Under the pieces are notes generated by a model, which made no database searches, had not been told where the DNA came from, and worked only from the letters and a program-made list of their open reading frames with translations. Positions 31,634 through 41,906 of a stretch of DNA of 64,000 nt are shown here, piece by piece. A program made the position numbers and the translations under genes. The number at the start of each line of letters is the position of its first letter. Positions within the stretch are counted from its first letter, which is position 1. Source of the DNA: Bryobacterales bacterium (GTDB lineage Bacteria > Acidobacteriota > Terriglobia > Bryobacterales > UBA6623); assembly GCA_963422375.2 (NCBI GenBank), contig OY729427.2:224001-288000 (forward strand), read 5' to 3'.

Positions 31634-31886
31634 TGCTTGTGACAAAACCCCTGAACTCTGGCCTGATCAGCATTTCATACTACATCCTGATGTCGGATGG
31701 ATCTCCAAACACAACATATAGGGTCCAAGGTCGGAAGTTGCTCAGCCGCCAATCGCGAAGATTTCCGCGCTCTACCCAGAATTGGCAGGATTTCGGACTA
31801 GTCGTAGCATTCCAGCGAAATCTTCGCCTTGAGAGATTGGACCTAATGCCTTTGTTGTCAAGGGGATACGAGTTTTTTCACGGGCA
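31634..31886. mobile_element. Non-autonomous MITE-like element (253 bp)
   Basis: Lower-GC insert; imperfect TIRs TGCTTGTGACAAAAC / TGCCCGTGAAAAAAC (reverse complement); flanked by identical CTACCTAG at 31626-31633 and 31887-31894. Confidence 0.75.
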
Positions 31887-32306
31887 CTACCTAGGCGCGA
31901 AACCCAGCGCGGGCGGGTCGCGCTGGACCCACAGCGGGTCGCCCTCCTCGCCGTTGACGGTGTAGCGCAGGATCACCCCGCCCGCCTGCGTGTAGGACCG
32001 GCCCAAGGCGTAGTCCTCCAAGGGGCCGTACGGGGCCTCGGGCCCCCAGTCCTCGAGGAATTCCCCGTAGGGGTAGTAGCGGCAGGGCCGCTCCGGCGTG
32101 CAGCCCCAGACGACGTAGGCGTCCTCGTAGCGCGCGTCCCGGAGCAGCTCGAAGAAGCTCCGAGCCTGCTGCTCCTCGCGCCAGTTGCGGAAGAACACGT
32201 AGTAGACGGCGGCCAGCACGGCCACCGCCGCGAGGGCCGCCAGCGCTACCTTGACGACCCGCTCGTACGCCGCGCCGCGCGCGGCGTACGAGCCGAGGTA
32301 CTCCAT
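31887..32306 (-). CDS. Hypothetical single-TM membrane protein
   Basis: 139 aa with a TM helix and WGCTPERPCRYYPYGEFLEDWGP; co-oriented after skp. Confidence 0.75.
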   Translation of the reverse strand: MEYLGSYAARGAAYERVVKVALAALAAVAVLAAVYYVFFRNWREEQQARSFFELLRDARYEDAYVVWGCTPERPCRYYPYGEFLEDWGPEAPYGPLEDYALGRSYTQAGGVILRYTVNGEEGDPLWVQRDPPALGFAPR

Positions 32307-32331
32307 GCTGCGGCTTTACGGCGCGAACGGC

Positions 32332-32838
32332 CTAGTTCGCCGGGTGCCTGGTGTCGTAGGCCTGGGTCGCCTCGGCCGTGAGATCGATCAGGGCGTTGTG
32401 CGCGAGCACGCCCCCGGCGTCGACGATCAGATCGATCTGCTTCTCCATGCGCAGCTCGCGGACGACGTCGCGCATCCGCTCGCTGGCGGACGCCAGGATG
32501 TTCTGCCGGTCGAAGTCTACGTCCGACTGCAGGTCCTCGCTCAGGCGCTGGGCAGTGCGCTGCTTGCGCTGCCCCTCGGCCTGGAGCCGCACGGCCTCGG
32601 CGCCCTGGGCGGTCTGCAGCTTGTTCTGGATCTCCTGCAGCTCGGCCGAGAGAGCTCCGATCTCTTCCTGCCTTCCCGAGTACTTGGACTCGAGGGCGGC
32701 CGACTCCTTCTGCATGTCGGCGGTGTTCAGCAGGGCGTTCTGAAAGTCGATCACCGCGATCTTGGTCTGGGCGGCCAAGTCGGCCGGCACGGCGCACGGC
32801 AGCACCGCCAGGGCAAGCGTCCAAAGGGGCAACTTCAT
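32332..32838 (-). CDS. skp: OmpH/Skp periplasmic chaperone
   Basis: Signal peptide, KIAVIDFQNAL, coiled coil, IDLIVD and IDLT. Confidence 0.9.
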   Translation of the reverse strand: MKLPLWTLALAVLPCAVPADLAAQTKIAVIDFQNALLNTADMQKESAALESKYSGRQEEIGALSAELQEIQNKLQTAQGAEAVRLQAEGQRKQRTAQRLSEDLQSDVDFDRQNILASASERMRDVVRELRMEKQIDLIVDAGGVLAHNALIDLTAEATQAYDTRHPAN

Positions 32839-32939
32839 CGGATCGGATCCTCTTCTCACTGTTCCGCTTTCGCCTTCTCCCATTCTGCCACGCCGGGCCA
32901 GCCCGCGGCCGGGCGCAACGGCCAAGCCCGCCGGGGCGG

Positions 32940-34244
32940 CTACGGGGGGAAGAACTGCCTCGCGATATCGTTGTACATCACGATGCCGAACAGAATCACG
33001 ATAAACGCCAGGCCTACCTGGGTAATCCGGTGCTTGACCTCGAGGCTGACGTCCCGGCGGAGCAGGGATTCCACGAGCAGCAGGACGATCTGCCCGCCAT
33101 CCAGCACCGGCACCGGCAGAAGGTTGAGCACCGCCAAGTTCACGCTGATGAGGGCCATCAGGTAGATCAGGTCGGCGGTCCCGCGCGCGGCGGCATCCTG
33201 GGTGTGCTGGTAGATCCCGACCGGGCCCTCCAGCGCCTCCACCGACACGTTGCCGACGACCAGCGCCCTCACCGTGCGGAAGATCAGGCCCGTGAACGCG
33301 ACGTTGTCGGTGAGCGAGCGGGCGACAGCCGGCACGAGCGCCAGGCGCGCTTGCGTGCGCTCGTGCCGCGCCAGCAGGCGCACGCCCACCTGCCAGGCGC
33401 CTCCGTCCGCGCTGCGCGCCGCGCGCGCCTCGAGCGTCTCGGGCGTGCCGCCGCGATCAACCTCGATGGCCAGCGCGCGTCCTGCGGACGAGCCGATCAA
33501 GTCGATCGCTTGGCGGACGGCCACGACGCGCACGCCGTCGACGCTGACGAGCTCGTCGCCCTGGCGCAGCCCGGCGGACTCCGCCGGGGAGCCCGGCAGG
33601 ACGCTCCCGAGCGCCACCGCGTGCGCGGAGAACCAGCCCGGGTCACCTAGGTCGCGGAGCGAATCGTCGCCGGGAATCTCGATGCGCAGCAGGCGCTCGG
33701 AGCCGTCGCGTTCCACGGCGAGATCCACCTCGCGCCCCGACGCGATGGCCGACTCGAGCAGCAACTCCTGCCAGGTGGCGGTGGGCGCCCCGTCGATCGA
33801 GCGGACGATGTCGCCGGCCAGGACGCCGGCCACGGCGGCCGGCGACCCGACCGCCACGTAGTCGACCCGCGGCTCGAGGTCCAGGTACAGCGTCTTCTCG
33901 TAGCGGAGCATGTACAGCCCCGTCAGCAGGACGACCGCCAGCAGGAAGTTGAAGGCCGGGCCCATCCCGACTACGATCAGGCGCTGCCAGCGCGGCTTGG
34001 AGACCAGATCGCCCGGATCGGCCTTCGTCCCCTCGGCCGCGAACTGGCCGGCCATCTTCACGTAGCCGCCGAGCGGCAGCAGGCAGATCTTGAAGTCGGT
34101 GCCCTTGCGCTTGAAGCCCATCAGGCGCGGACCGAGGCCGATCGAGAAGCTCTCCACCGTCACGCCGAAGTAGCGCGCCGCGAGGTAGTGCCCGAGCTCG
34201 TGGAAGAGCACGAGGGCGCTCAGGACGAGGATGAAGTTGACCAT
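32940..34244 (-). CDS. rseP: RIP metalloprotease RseP
   Basis: HELGH, LPLGGYVKM, two PDZ domains and NLLPVPVLDGG. Confidence 0.97.
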   Translation of the reverse strand: MVNFILVLSALVLFHELGHYLAARYFGVTVESFSIGLGPRLMGFKRKGTDFKICLLPLGGYVKMAGQFAAEGTKADPGDLVSKPRWQRLIVVGMGPAFNFLLAVVLLTGLYMLRYEKTLYLDLEPRVDYVAVGSPAAVAGVLAGDIVRSIDGAPTATWQELLLESAIASGREVDLAVERDGSERLLRIEIPGDDSLRDLGDPGWFSAHAVALGSVLPGSPAESAGLRQGDELVSVDGVRVVAVRQAIDLIGSSAGRALAIEVDRGGTPETLEARAARSADGGAWQVGVRLLARHERTQARLALVPAVARSLTDNVAFTGLIFRTVRALVVGNVSVEALEGPVGIYQHTQDAAARGTADLIYLMALISVNLAVLNLLPVPVLDGGQIVLLLVESLLRRDVSLEVKHRITQVGLAFIVILFGIVMYNDIARQFFPP

Positions 34245-34259
34245 CCGGGCTCTCCCGCG

Positions 34260-35465
34260 TCAAGCCGCCGGAGCCGGCCGGCAGGCAGCCCCCGGCATGC
34301 CGGCAGAGCGACGCTCGACGAAACCCCGCGCGATCGCGCGGGCCTCCCGGTCGCATTCCAAGACGTCCCCGATGGAGGAGCCGGAATGCACCCGAACGGC
34401 CGCCAAAGAGTCCTTCACGACGGCCGCGATGGCAGGGAACGAGATGCGCCGCCCCAGGAACGCCTCCACCGCAACTTCGTCCGCCGCGTTCAGCACGCAG
34501 CCCGCCAGCCCGCCCGCTCCGGCGGCTTGGTACGCCAAGTCCAACAACGGGAACTTGCGCCGGTCGGGCGGCTCAAAGTCCAATTGTGCCACACGCGACC
34601 AGTCCATGCGCCGCCGGGGGCTCGCCTCGCGCCGGGGGTGCGCCAAGGCGTACCGAATCGGGAGCTTCATGTCCGGGGGGCTGAGCTGGGCCATCACCGA
34701 GCCGTCACGGTACTCGACCATCGCGTGGACCACGGACTGCGGATGCACCACCACGTCGACGCGGGCCGGCGGCAGGTCGAACAGGCGGCACGCCTCGATG
34801 ACCTCGAAGCCCTTGTTCATCAGCGTGGCGGAGTCGATCGTGATGCGGCTGCCCATGCGCCAGGTCGGGTGCCGCAGCGCGAGCTCGGGAGTGACCCGCT
34901 CCAGATCGGCGGCCGGGGTCCGGCGAAACGGGCCGCCGGAAGCGGTCAGGACCACGCGCTCGACCTCGTCGGCCCGGCCGGCCCGCAGGCACTGATGGAC
35001 CGCGTTGTGCTCGCTGTCGACCGGGAGCACCTCCGCACCGGACTCGCGGGCGGCCGCCATCACCGCCTCGCCCGCCGCGACCAGCACCTCCTTGTTAGCC
35101 AGCGCCACGCGGCCGCCCCGCCGCACGGCCTCGTAGGTCGCTTCCAGCCCGACGACGCCCACCGCCGCGGACACCAGCACGTCGCATCCCGACTGCGTCG
35201 CGACGGCTAGGACGCCCTCGCGGCCGCAGAGGCAGCGCGGAGCGTACCCGGGCATGTCGCCGAGGCGCTCGCGCAACCGCGCCAGGGCGTCGCCGTCGGC
35301 TACCGACAGCAGCGACGGGCGGAATTCGAGCGCCTGCCGGGCCAGTTCGTCCGCGTTGCGCCCGGCCGCGAGCGCCGCGACCCGCACCGGCGCTTCCATC
35401 TCGCGCACAACCTGCAGCGTGTTCCGGCCGATCGAGCCAGTGGATCCGAGCAGCGCGATCCGCAT
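34260..35465 (-). CDS. dxr: 1-deoxy-D-xylulose-5-phosphate reductoisomerase
   Basis: LGSTGSIG, LANKE, LPVDSEH, HPTWRMG and NAADE motifs. Confidence 0.98.
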   Translation of the reverse strand: MRIALLGSTGSIGRNTLQVVREMEAPVRVAALAAGRNADELARQALEFRPSLLSVADGDALARLRERLGDMPGYAPRCLCGREGVLAVATQSGCDVLVSAAVGVVGLEATYEAVRRGGRVALANKEVLVAAGEAVMAAARESGAEVLPVDSEHNAVHQCLRAGRADEVERVVLTASGGPFRRTPAADLERVTPELALRHPTWRMGSRITIDSATLMNKGFEVIEACRLFDLPPARVDVVVHPQSVVHAMVEYRDGSVMAQLSPPDMKLPIRYALAHPRREASPRRRMDWSRVAQLDFEPPDRRKFPLLDLAYQAAGAGGLAGCVLNAADEVAVEAFLGRRISFPAIAAVVKDSLAAVRVHSGSSIGDVLECDREARAIARGFVERRSAGMPGAACRPAPAA

Positions 35466-35506
35466 CGCGACCTCAGGCCCCCCGCCGGACCGGGGAGCGG
35501 TGCGGC

Positions 35507-36100
35507 CTAGCCGGGATCATGGCAGAGGTCGCAGTCGTTCGGAGCGCTGTTCCGGGCATGGCAATCCATGCAGGCCGCCATGGTGGTGGGCTTCTCCTGG
35601 AACAGGACCTCGCGCTGCGCGACCGGGCCGTGGCAGGTCTCGCACTCCACCGAGGCGTCGTCGACATGCGAGGCGTGCGAGAACCACACGAAGTCAGGCA
35701 CGCGGTAGACCCGCTTCCAGGGGACTGCGGAGCCGTCGGCGCTGAACCTGGCCAAGGCCTGGATGTGCGGGCTGTCCGTCTTGATCGCGGCGTGACAGGC
35801 CATGCACTTGGACTCCGCGGGATACCCGGCCAGGAAGCCCGGCTCGGCGATCTCGTGGCAGTCACGGCACTGCAAGCCGAGCGCGACGTGCGTCTTGTGG
35901 CTGTAGGGCAGAGGCTGCTCGACGGGAGCCGGCGGCGGGGGTTGCGTCTCGGCCCTGGCGACCGGCCCCTGCACAGAGCACCACGCGACGAACGCGACGA
36001 CGGGCAGGGCCGCCGCCCAAGCCCGGGCCGGACGCCAGGACGACGCCGCTCGCGCCGCCGCAAGCATACGCGCGAGCCTCCGCGCCTGCTCTCGCTCCAT
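35507..36100 (-). CDS. Pentaheme cytochrome c (cytochrome c3 family, ActA-like)
   Basis: Five CxxCH motifs (CRDCH, CMACH, CETCH, CMDCH, CDLCH); QPLPYSH and WKRVYRVPDFVWFSH; hydrophobic N-terminal segment. Confidence 0.88.
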   Translation of the reverse strand: MEREQARRLARMLAAARAASSWRPARAWAAALPVVAFVAWCSVQGPVARAETQPPPPAPVEQPLPYSHKTHVALGLQCRDCHEIAEPGFLAGYPAESKCMACHAAIKTDSPHIQALARFSADGSAVPWKRVYRVPDFVWFSHASHVDDASVECETCHGPVAQREVLFQEKPTTMAACMDCHARNSAPNDCDLCHDPG

Positions 36101-37158
36101 CACACGTCCCTGACGCAGCGGAAGCCTAGGTTCGAGGTCGAGCTGTCCGGAGTGTTGGAGGTCCGGGCCGCGACGCGATAGCGGTTGCAGTAGGACGCGT
36201 GGCAGAGGAACGAGCCGCCGCGCATGACGCGGGCGGCGCCGGTCGCCGGGCCCACCGGATTCGCCCGGGTCGCCGTGACGTGGTAGTCCGGGTGGAACCA
36301 ATCCGCGCACCACTCCCAGACGTTGCCGGTGATCGAGTAGATCCCGTAGCCGTTCGGCGGGAACGCGTCGACCGGGCAGGGCCCCCGGTAGCCGTCCGCG
36401 CCGGTGTCGTGCCGGGGAAAGCGGCCCTGCCAGATGTTGCACAGATGCCGGCCGCCCGGCTCGAGCTCCTGGCCCCAAGGATAGGTCTGCTGCTCCAGCC
36501 CGCCACGGGCGGCGAACTCCCACTCCGCCTCGGTAGGGAGCCTCTTGCCCGCCCAGCGGCAGTACGCCAAGGCGTCGGCATGGGAGACGTGCGTGACGGG
36601 GTGGTCGGGCCGGCCGGCCGCGCCGGACTGCGGCCCTTCCGGGTGGCGCCAGTCGGCGCCCTGCACCTTGCACCACCACTCGTGGCCGGCCACGGTGTCC
36701 TTCACGAGGGCCCGGTAGCGCTCCCGCGGCAGCTGCGCGTGGAAGACGAACGACCAGCCGAAGCGCTCCGCTTCGGTGACGTAGCGCGTGGACCGGACGA
36801 ACCGGGCGAACGACTCGACGGTGACCGGGCTCGCGTCGATGTAGAAGGGGTTCACGAAGACGTCCCGGACGGGGCCCTCGCCGTCCGCCGGGAAGCCCAG
36901 GTCGGTCTCGGTACCCATGAGGAAGCTGCCGCCTTCGAGCTTTCGCATGCCCTCCGCCGCGCCGACCCGCGCCGTCGGCCGCCGCGCCGAAAGCGCCTCG
37001 GACTCGGCTAGGCGCACGGCCCGCTCGACGCTCGGCACGCAGCAGGGGCTGGGACCGGACGCGCGCAGCGGCAGCGATATCGCTGCCGACGGCGCCTGCG
37101 GCGAGCCGGCGCCGGTCCTGCCTGGGCTTTGGGGCACCGGTTTCGCCGATTCTATCAC
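36100..37158 (-). CDS. Formylglycine-generating enzyme (SUMF1/FGE); true start may be downstream
   Basis: [20 protein letters not shown] and catalytic [16 protein letters not shown] motifs. Confidence 0.93.
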   Translation of the reverse strand: MIESAKPVPQSPGRTGAGSPQAPSAAISLPLRASGPSPCCVPSVERAVRLAESEALSARRPTARVGAAEGMRKLEGGSFLMGTETDLGFPADGEGPVRDVFVNPFYIDASPVTVESFARFVRSTRYVTEAERFGWSFVFHAQLPRERYRALVKDTVAGHEWWCKVQGADWRHPEGPQSGAAGRPDHPVTHVSHADALAYCRWAGKRLPTEAEWEFAARGGLEQQTYPWGQELEPGGRHLCNIWQGRFPRHDTGADGYRGPCPVDAFPPNGYGIYSITGNVWEWCADWFHPDYHVTATRANPVGPATGAARVMRGGSFLCHASYCNRYRVAARTSNTPDSSTSNLGFRCVRDV

Positions 37159-37180
37159 GGGATCTCCGGGCCCGGACGCG

Positions 37181-38074
37181 TCACGCCGTGGCCGCGGCCC
37201 CGCCGGCGGTGTCGTGGATGGCGGCCGATTCCTTGAGACGGTCGACGTAGTTCTCCAGCAGCTTGGTGCGGCGCTGCTCGAGCAGCTCCGCGCGGATTTG
37301 GTCGCGCACCTCGCCGAAGGGACGCGTGCCGGCCGGGCGATGGTCCAGCACCTTCGCGATGTGGAATCCGAAGACCGTCCGGAAGACCTCGCTGGTCTCG
37401 CCCGGGCGCAGGGAGAAGACCGCGTCCTCGAACTCCGGGACCATCTTGCCCCGCTCGAAATAGCCGAGGTCGCCGCCGTTGCCGGGGCAGTCCGACTGCT
37501 CGTCGGCGACCCGCTCGAAGGCAGCGCCTGCTTGCAGCCTGGCGTACAGCTCGTCCGCCGCCCGCTTGGCGTCGGCCTCCCCGACCCCCTTCTCGACGTG
37601 CTTGACGATATGCGCGGCGCGCACGGACTCCTCCGTGCGGTAGCGGCTCTTGTTGCGCCGGTAGTAGTCCGCCAGTTCCTTGGGCCGCGGCGGCTTCGCC
37701 TTGGAGCCGACCGCGGCGATCAGGCGCTCGACCTTTAGCTGCGCTTCGACGCCGGATCGGATCCGCGCCTCGTCAAGACCGGCTTCGGCCAGCTTCTCGG
37801 GGCCCCCGTAGCGCTGGACCGCCTGCCGGACGCTCTTCTCGACCGCCCCCGCGTCGACGGGGGCGGTGTCCGTCAGAGCCTTCTGGCGCAGCAGGACCTG
37901 CTCGATGACGTTCTCCCGGGCCCACTCGACGGCAGTCTTCTCCAGCGTACCCGGTCCAAGGCCGTAGGCTTGCTTCTGCTCGTCCGCGAGCCGTTCAAAC
38001 CGCAAGCGCAGGGCCTCGGCCTCGCGCGCGAGCAGCGCGCTTTCGACGGCTTCCCCGTTGACCGTCAGGGCCAT
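37181..38074 (-). CDS. Parvulin-type peptidylprolyl isomerase (PpiC/SurA-like)
   Basis: VRAAHI, SDCP, GGDLGYF, MVPEFE and FGFHI motifs. Confidence 0.9.
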   Translation of the reverse strand: MALTVNGEAVESALLAREAEALRLRFERLADEQKQAYGLGPGTLEKTAVEWARENVIEQVLLRQKALTDTAPVDAGAVEKSVRQAVQRYGGPEKLAEAGLDEARIRSGVEAQLKVERLIAAVGSKAKPPRPKELADYYRRNKSRYRTEESVRAAHIVKHVEKGVGEADAKRAADELYARLQAGAAFERVADEQSDCPGNGGDLGYFERGKMVPEFEDAVFSLRPGETSEVFRTVFGFHIAKVLDHRPAGTRPFGEVRDQIRAELLEQRRTKLLENYVDRLKESAAIHDTAGGAAATA

Positions 38075-38205
38075 CGCTGCAATTCTAGCGCGCACCGGAG
38101 CGCGCGAGGCGCCGGACCGGGAGGGCGCGCCCGCGCCTGTGGCAAGATTGGACCGTGCGACGGTCGCCCGGGAGACCGGGGCGAGCCGCGACGCGGGAGC
38201 TGCAA

Positions 38206-38934
38206 GTGGCCGTCGAGGCTCGAACGATCCAATGCTCCGACGGGGATGCAACGCTCGTCGGAGAGCTGTTCTGGGCTCCGTCCGCCAAGGCGCCGGCTCC
38301 CGGCGTGCTGGTCGTGCATACGTGGGGAGGCTGCGGCGCCTTCGAGCGCGCCAAGGCACGCGACCTGGCGGGCGCGGGCTACGTCGCGGTCGCCGTGGAT
38401 CTGTACGGCGACGGCAGGGTCGGCAGCGGCCCGGAGGAAAACGCGGCGCTCATGGCGCCGCTGCTCGAGGACCGCTCGCTGCTGCAGCGCCGCATGCGTC
38501 GCTGGCTCGAGACGCTGCAAGCCGCGGAGCGGGTCGACCGCGACCGCACGGCGGCCATCGGGTTCTGCTTCGGCGGACTGTGCGTGCTCGACCTGGCCCG
38601 GACCGGGGCGGAGACGCGCGCCGTGGTCAGCTTCCACGGCCTGCTGCAGCCTCCGGGCAATTGCGACCCGGGCCCGATTCGGGCCAAGGTCCTCGTGCTG
38701 CACGGCTGGGACGACCCCATGGCGACGCCGCCCGCCGTCGAAGCGCTGGCGGCCGAGCTGACGGCCGCGGGGGCCGACTGGCAGATCCACGCGTACGGAG
38801 GCACGATGCATGCCTTCACCAACCCGGCCGCCCGCAACCCGGCGGCGGGGACGGTGTACGACGCACGGGCGGACAGTCGCTCCCGGCGCGCGATGGCGGA
38901 CTTCCTCGCCGAAGCTTTCGGGGAAGCGCCGTAG
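38206..38934 (+). CDS. Dienelactone hydrolase family protein (alternative start 38155)
   Basis: GFCFGG, SFHG, HGWDDP and HAFTNP motifs. Confidence 0.92.
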   Translation: MAVEARTIQCSDGDATLVGELFWAPSAKAPAPGVLVVHTWGGCGAFERAKARDLAGAGYVAVAVDLYGDGRVGSGPEENAALMAPLLEDRSLLQRRMRRWLETLQAAERVDRDRTAAIGFCFGGLCVLDLARTGAETRAVVSFHGLLQPPGNCDPGPIRAKVLVLHGWDDPMATPPAVEALAAELTAAGADWQIHAYGGTMHAFTNPAARNPAAGTVYDARADSRSRRAMADFLAEAFGEAP

Positions 38935-38949
38935 GCGGCCGGCGGGCTC

Positions 38950-40398
38950 CTACCTCCGCGAGACCAGCGGGTCGCGCGGATCCCAGTGCGCCTTGTACAG
39001 CAGGCCGCGCCTCTCCCGGGCCTTGGCCGGATCGTAGCGGGGATTGCTCTCGGGCATGGCGGCGCGCACCGCCTCCCTCCATGCCCTCAGTCCGTCCAGC
39101 AGTTCCCGGGCGCGCCCCGGCCGGGACGGCGCGAGATCCGCGGACTCGGAGGGATCCTCGGCCAAGTCGTAGAGTTCGACGCGGCCGTCCTCAAAGAACT
39201 CCAGCAGCTTCCAGCGGCCCTTGCGGATCGCCCCGGCGGGGGTCGAGCCGGCGTTGGAGTAGTGCGGGTAGTGCCAGTAGAGGGCCTCGCGATCCACGGA
39301 GCCTTCCCCGCGCAGCAGCGGGACCAGACTGGACCCGTCCACGGCGGGCACGGAGGCGAGCGGGATCCCCGCCATCGCGAGAATGGTGGGATAGAAGTCG
39401 ACGCTGCTGACGGGCGCGGTCTCGACCGACCCGGGCGCGACGGTGCCGGGCCAGCGGACGATCAGGGGCTCGCGGATCCCGCCTTCCCACAGGTAGCCCT
39501 TGCCGGAACGGAACCCGCCGTTGAACGCCCGCCGGGCCACGCCGCCGTTGTCGGAGAAGAAGAAGACCGCGGTGCTGTCGGCGAGTCCGTGGCGCTCGAG
39601 GCGCGCCAGCACGCGCCCGACGGACTGGTCCACGCCTTCCACCATCGCGGCGTAGACGGCGTTGCCGCGCGCGGAGGGATCCCGGCGCCCCTCGTAGGAT
39701 GCGACCAGGGCAGGCTTCGCCTCGATCGGCCCGTGGACCGAGTAGTAGGACAGGTAAAGGAAGAACGGGCGCTCGCGATTGCGCTCGATGAACTCCTCGG
39801 CCGCGCGGGTCAGCCCGTCCGTCAGGTAGTCCCCGTCCTTTGCGCCGGGGACCTTGATGAGCGTGTGCGGGGCGAACATGCGCCTATGCGAGCCCCAGTG
39901 ACCGGACGCGAAGCTCTCTCCGAAACCGCGGCGCTCGGGCGCGTAGTCCCCCGCCCCGAGGTGCCACTTGCCGATGCAGGCGGTCGCGTAGCCGACCCGG
40001 GCAAGAGGGTCCGCCAGGACCGTCTCGCTCAAGGGCAGCCCCAGAGGCAGGTCCACCTGGCGCAGTTTGGCGCGGGGCAGGACGTTGCCGGGCAGGTACT
40101 GCGTGAGACCCGTGCGGGCGGGCCAGCGGCCGGTCAGTATGCTCCCGCGCGTGGGAGAGCAGTTCGGGGCCGCGGCGTACGCGTCCGTGAATCGGACCCC
40201 CTCCCTAGCGAGGCGGTCGATGTGCGGCGTCCGGTGATAGACGTTGCCGTAGGCGCCGACATCCGCGTAGCCCATGTCGTCCAGCAGGAAGAAGACGACG
40301 TTCGGCGGACCGCTTCGCGGAGTCGGATCCTGCGCTCCCGCGGGCATTGCCCAAGCGGCCAGAAGGGCCGCTGCCAAGAGCCGAAGAGTCGCGAGCAT
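38950..40398 (-). CDS. Sulfatase (S1 family), Sec-exported
   Basis: Signal peptide, LDDMG, CSPTRGSILTG, GKWHLG, SDNGG and EGGIREP motifs. Confidence 0.95.
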   Translation of the reverse strand: MLATLRLLAAALLAAWAMPAGAQDPTPRSGPPNVVFFLLDDMGYADVGAYGNVYHRTPHIDRLAREGVRFTDAYAAAPNCSPTRGSILTGRWPARTGLTQYLPGNVLPRAKLRQVDLPLGLPLSETVLADPLARVGYATACIGKWHLGAGDYAPERRGFGESFASGHWGSHRRMFAPHTLIKVPGAKDGDYLTDGLTRAAEEFIERNRERPFFLYLSYYSVHGPIEAKPALVASYEGRRDPSARGNAVYAAMVEGVDQSVGRVLARLERHGLADSTAVFFFSDNGGVARRAFNGGFRSGKGYLWEGGIREPLIVRWPGTVAPGSVETAPVSSVDFYPTILAMAGIPLASVPAVDGSSLVPLLRGEGSVDREALYWHYPHYSNAGSTPAGAIRKGRWKLLEFFEDGRVELYDLAEDPSESADLAPSRPGRARELLDGLRAWREAVRAAMPESNPRYDPAKARERRGLLYKAHWDPRDPLVSRR

Positions 40399-40505
40399 CG
40401 GCCCACTGTAGCAACCGCCATGTCGCGGCCCGCGCCCGTCTCGAGGAGACGGCGAGGTGAAGCGCGGCCTCGCACTCGCGTGCCTCAGGGCCGGCGAAGC
40501 CTGCG

Positions 40506-41644
40506 TCATCCCGGACCGGGAAGCGCGGCCGGGCCGAGGACGGTCAGGATCCGGCCGCCGCGACGGACGCCGTGGGGCTCCTTCACGCCCGGTCTCGCGA
40601 CGTAGTTCTCGCCCGCGGGCCGGTGCCCGCAGAAGGCATTGATCCCGGACGCGTCGTCAGCGTTCGGATCGACCTTGCATCCGACGAGGTCCACGCGCAG
40701 ACGATCCCGCCGGATGACGAAATCCAACGCGCGGCCCGACTTGTCCCGCCAATGGAATGGGGCGTCGTCAGCGAAGCGGCTGCGCAGGGAGCCCAGCACG
40801 AGATGCTCCCAGAGCAGCCCGCGGTCGTCGTCGCGAATCGAGTCCCAGCCCTTCTCGAAGGCAACGAAGCCGGCATCGAATCCGTGGCACCCGGGCCGCG
40901 CCGTGATCTCGCGTGCGCCGGCAGCGCGGTAGGGTCGCAGCGGATGCACTGCGCGGGCTTCCTGCAGAACCTCGACATCGGACCTGACGGTGGCGCGACT
41001 GAGCTCGCTGAGGCGGGCCAGCTTGCATTAGTCCACCTGTCCGCCGCTCTGGCTGAGCAGCAGGCGCAGCGAGGCCAGAAGCGCCTGCGGTGGCGAATCG
41101 CGAACGGTTCCTCCAGGTCGCGCGCGCAGAATCTGTCGATCCACTCGCTGGAGAGCCGCCAATCGCTGATCTGGGCCAGCAGGGATTCGGGCAGGCCTCG
41201 GCGAAGCAGGCGGAGGTCGAGGTCGCCCCGGCCCAACGGCTCGGCGCATTCCTCCCACAGCACCGGACGCAAGGTCACGGCTTCCTTTCTTCCCGCGCGG
41301 GAATCCCTGAATTCCCGAGTGGCCGCGAGCGTGGAGGAGCCCGCCGGCAGCGCCGTTCGGCTCGAATGCTCGTCGGCGACAATCTTGAGCGAGCGGCTCG
41401 GGTCCGGCAGGCGATGGACCTCGTCCGGCACCGTGACCGCGCCCGCGGCTTGGGAATACAGAAACAGGTCCGGGTCCTCGACCCTCCTAGCGGTCGAAGG
41501 CAGGGCGCAGTTCAGGTAGGCCGCTTCGGACAAGATGCGCGCCAGAGTGGTCTTTCCGACGCGCCGAACTCCGGACAGCCTGACGACGGGACGCCGGAGC
41601 CACGCCTGCCGCATCTTCCGGAGCCATAACGGGCGCTCGATCAC
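40506..41644 (-). pseudogene. AAA+ ATPase (AAA_14/DUF4143-type) pseudogene
   Basis: GVRRVGKTT, DEVH, GSS, WEHLV and WRDKSGRALDFV; frameshift near 41090 and in-frame TAA at 41028-41030. Confidence 0.85.
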
Positions 41645-41906
41645 GACCGTATTGCACGGATAGTCGTCCAGGCGGGCAGTACGGTTCTCACTTGGACGGA
41701 ACCGTCGGCGGCTCGGATGGACGCCTCCGGTTCGAGTCCGCTTGGGCAGCCTCGGCGACCATCGGTCCCTGCCTGCCGAAAGCCGTCGCTAGCTCGCCTC
41801 GGCGTTCGCGGCAACGAACGGCGCTGGGACGGCATGCGATCTGACGGCTCGCCGCGACCGACCCCGTCGGGGCGAGGACCGACGAACCTCGTGTATGTTG
41901 GACTCA

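Noticed and set aside
31633..31965. 110-aa ORF across the lower-GC insert
   Set aside because: It overlaps a convergent gene, lacks motifs and is better explained as MITE sequence.
41707..41752. GGTTCGAGTCC resembling a tRNA T-loop
   Set aside because: Only a 3-bp T-stem, with no D or anticodon arms and no CCA; it folds better as a simple hairpin.
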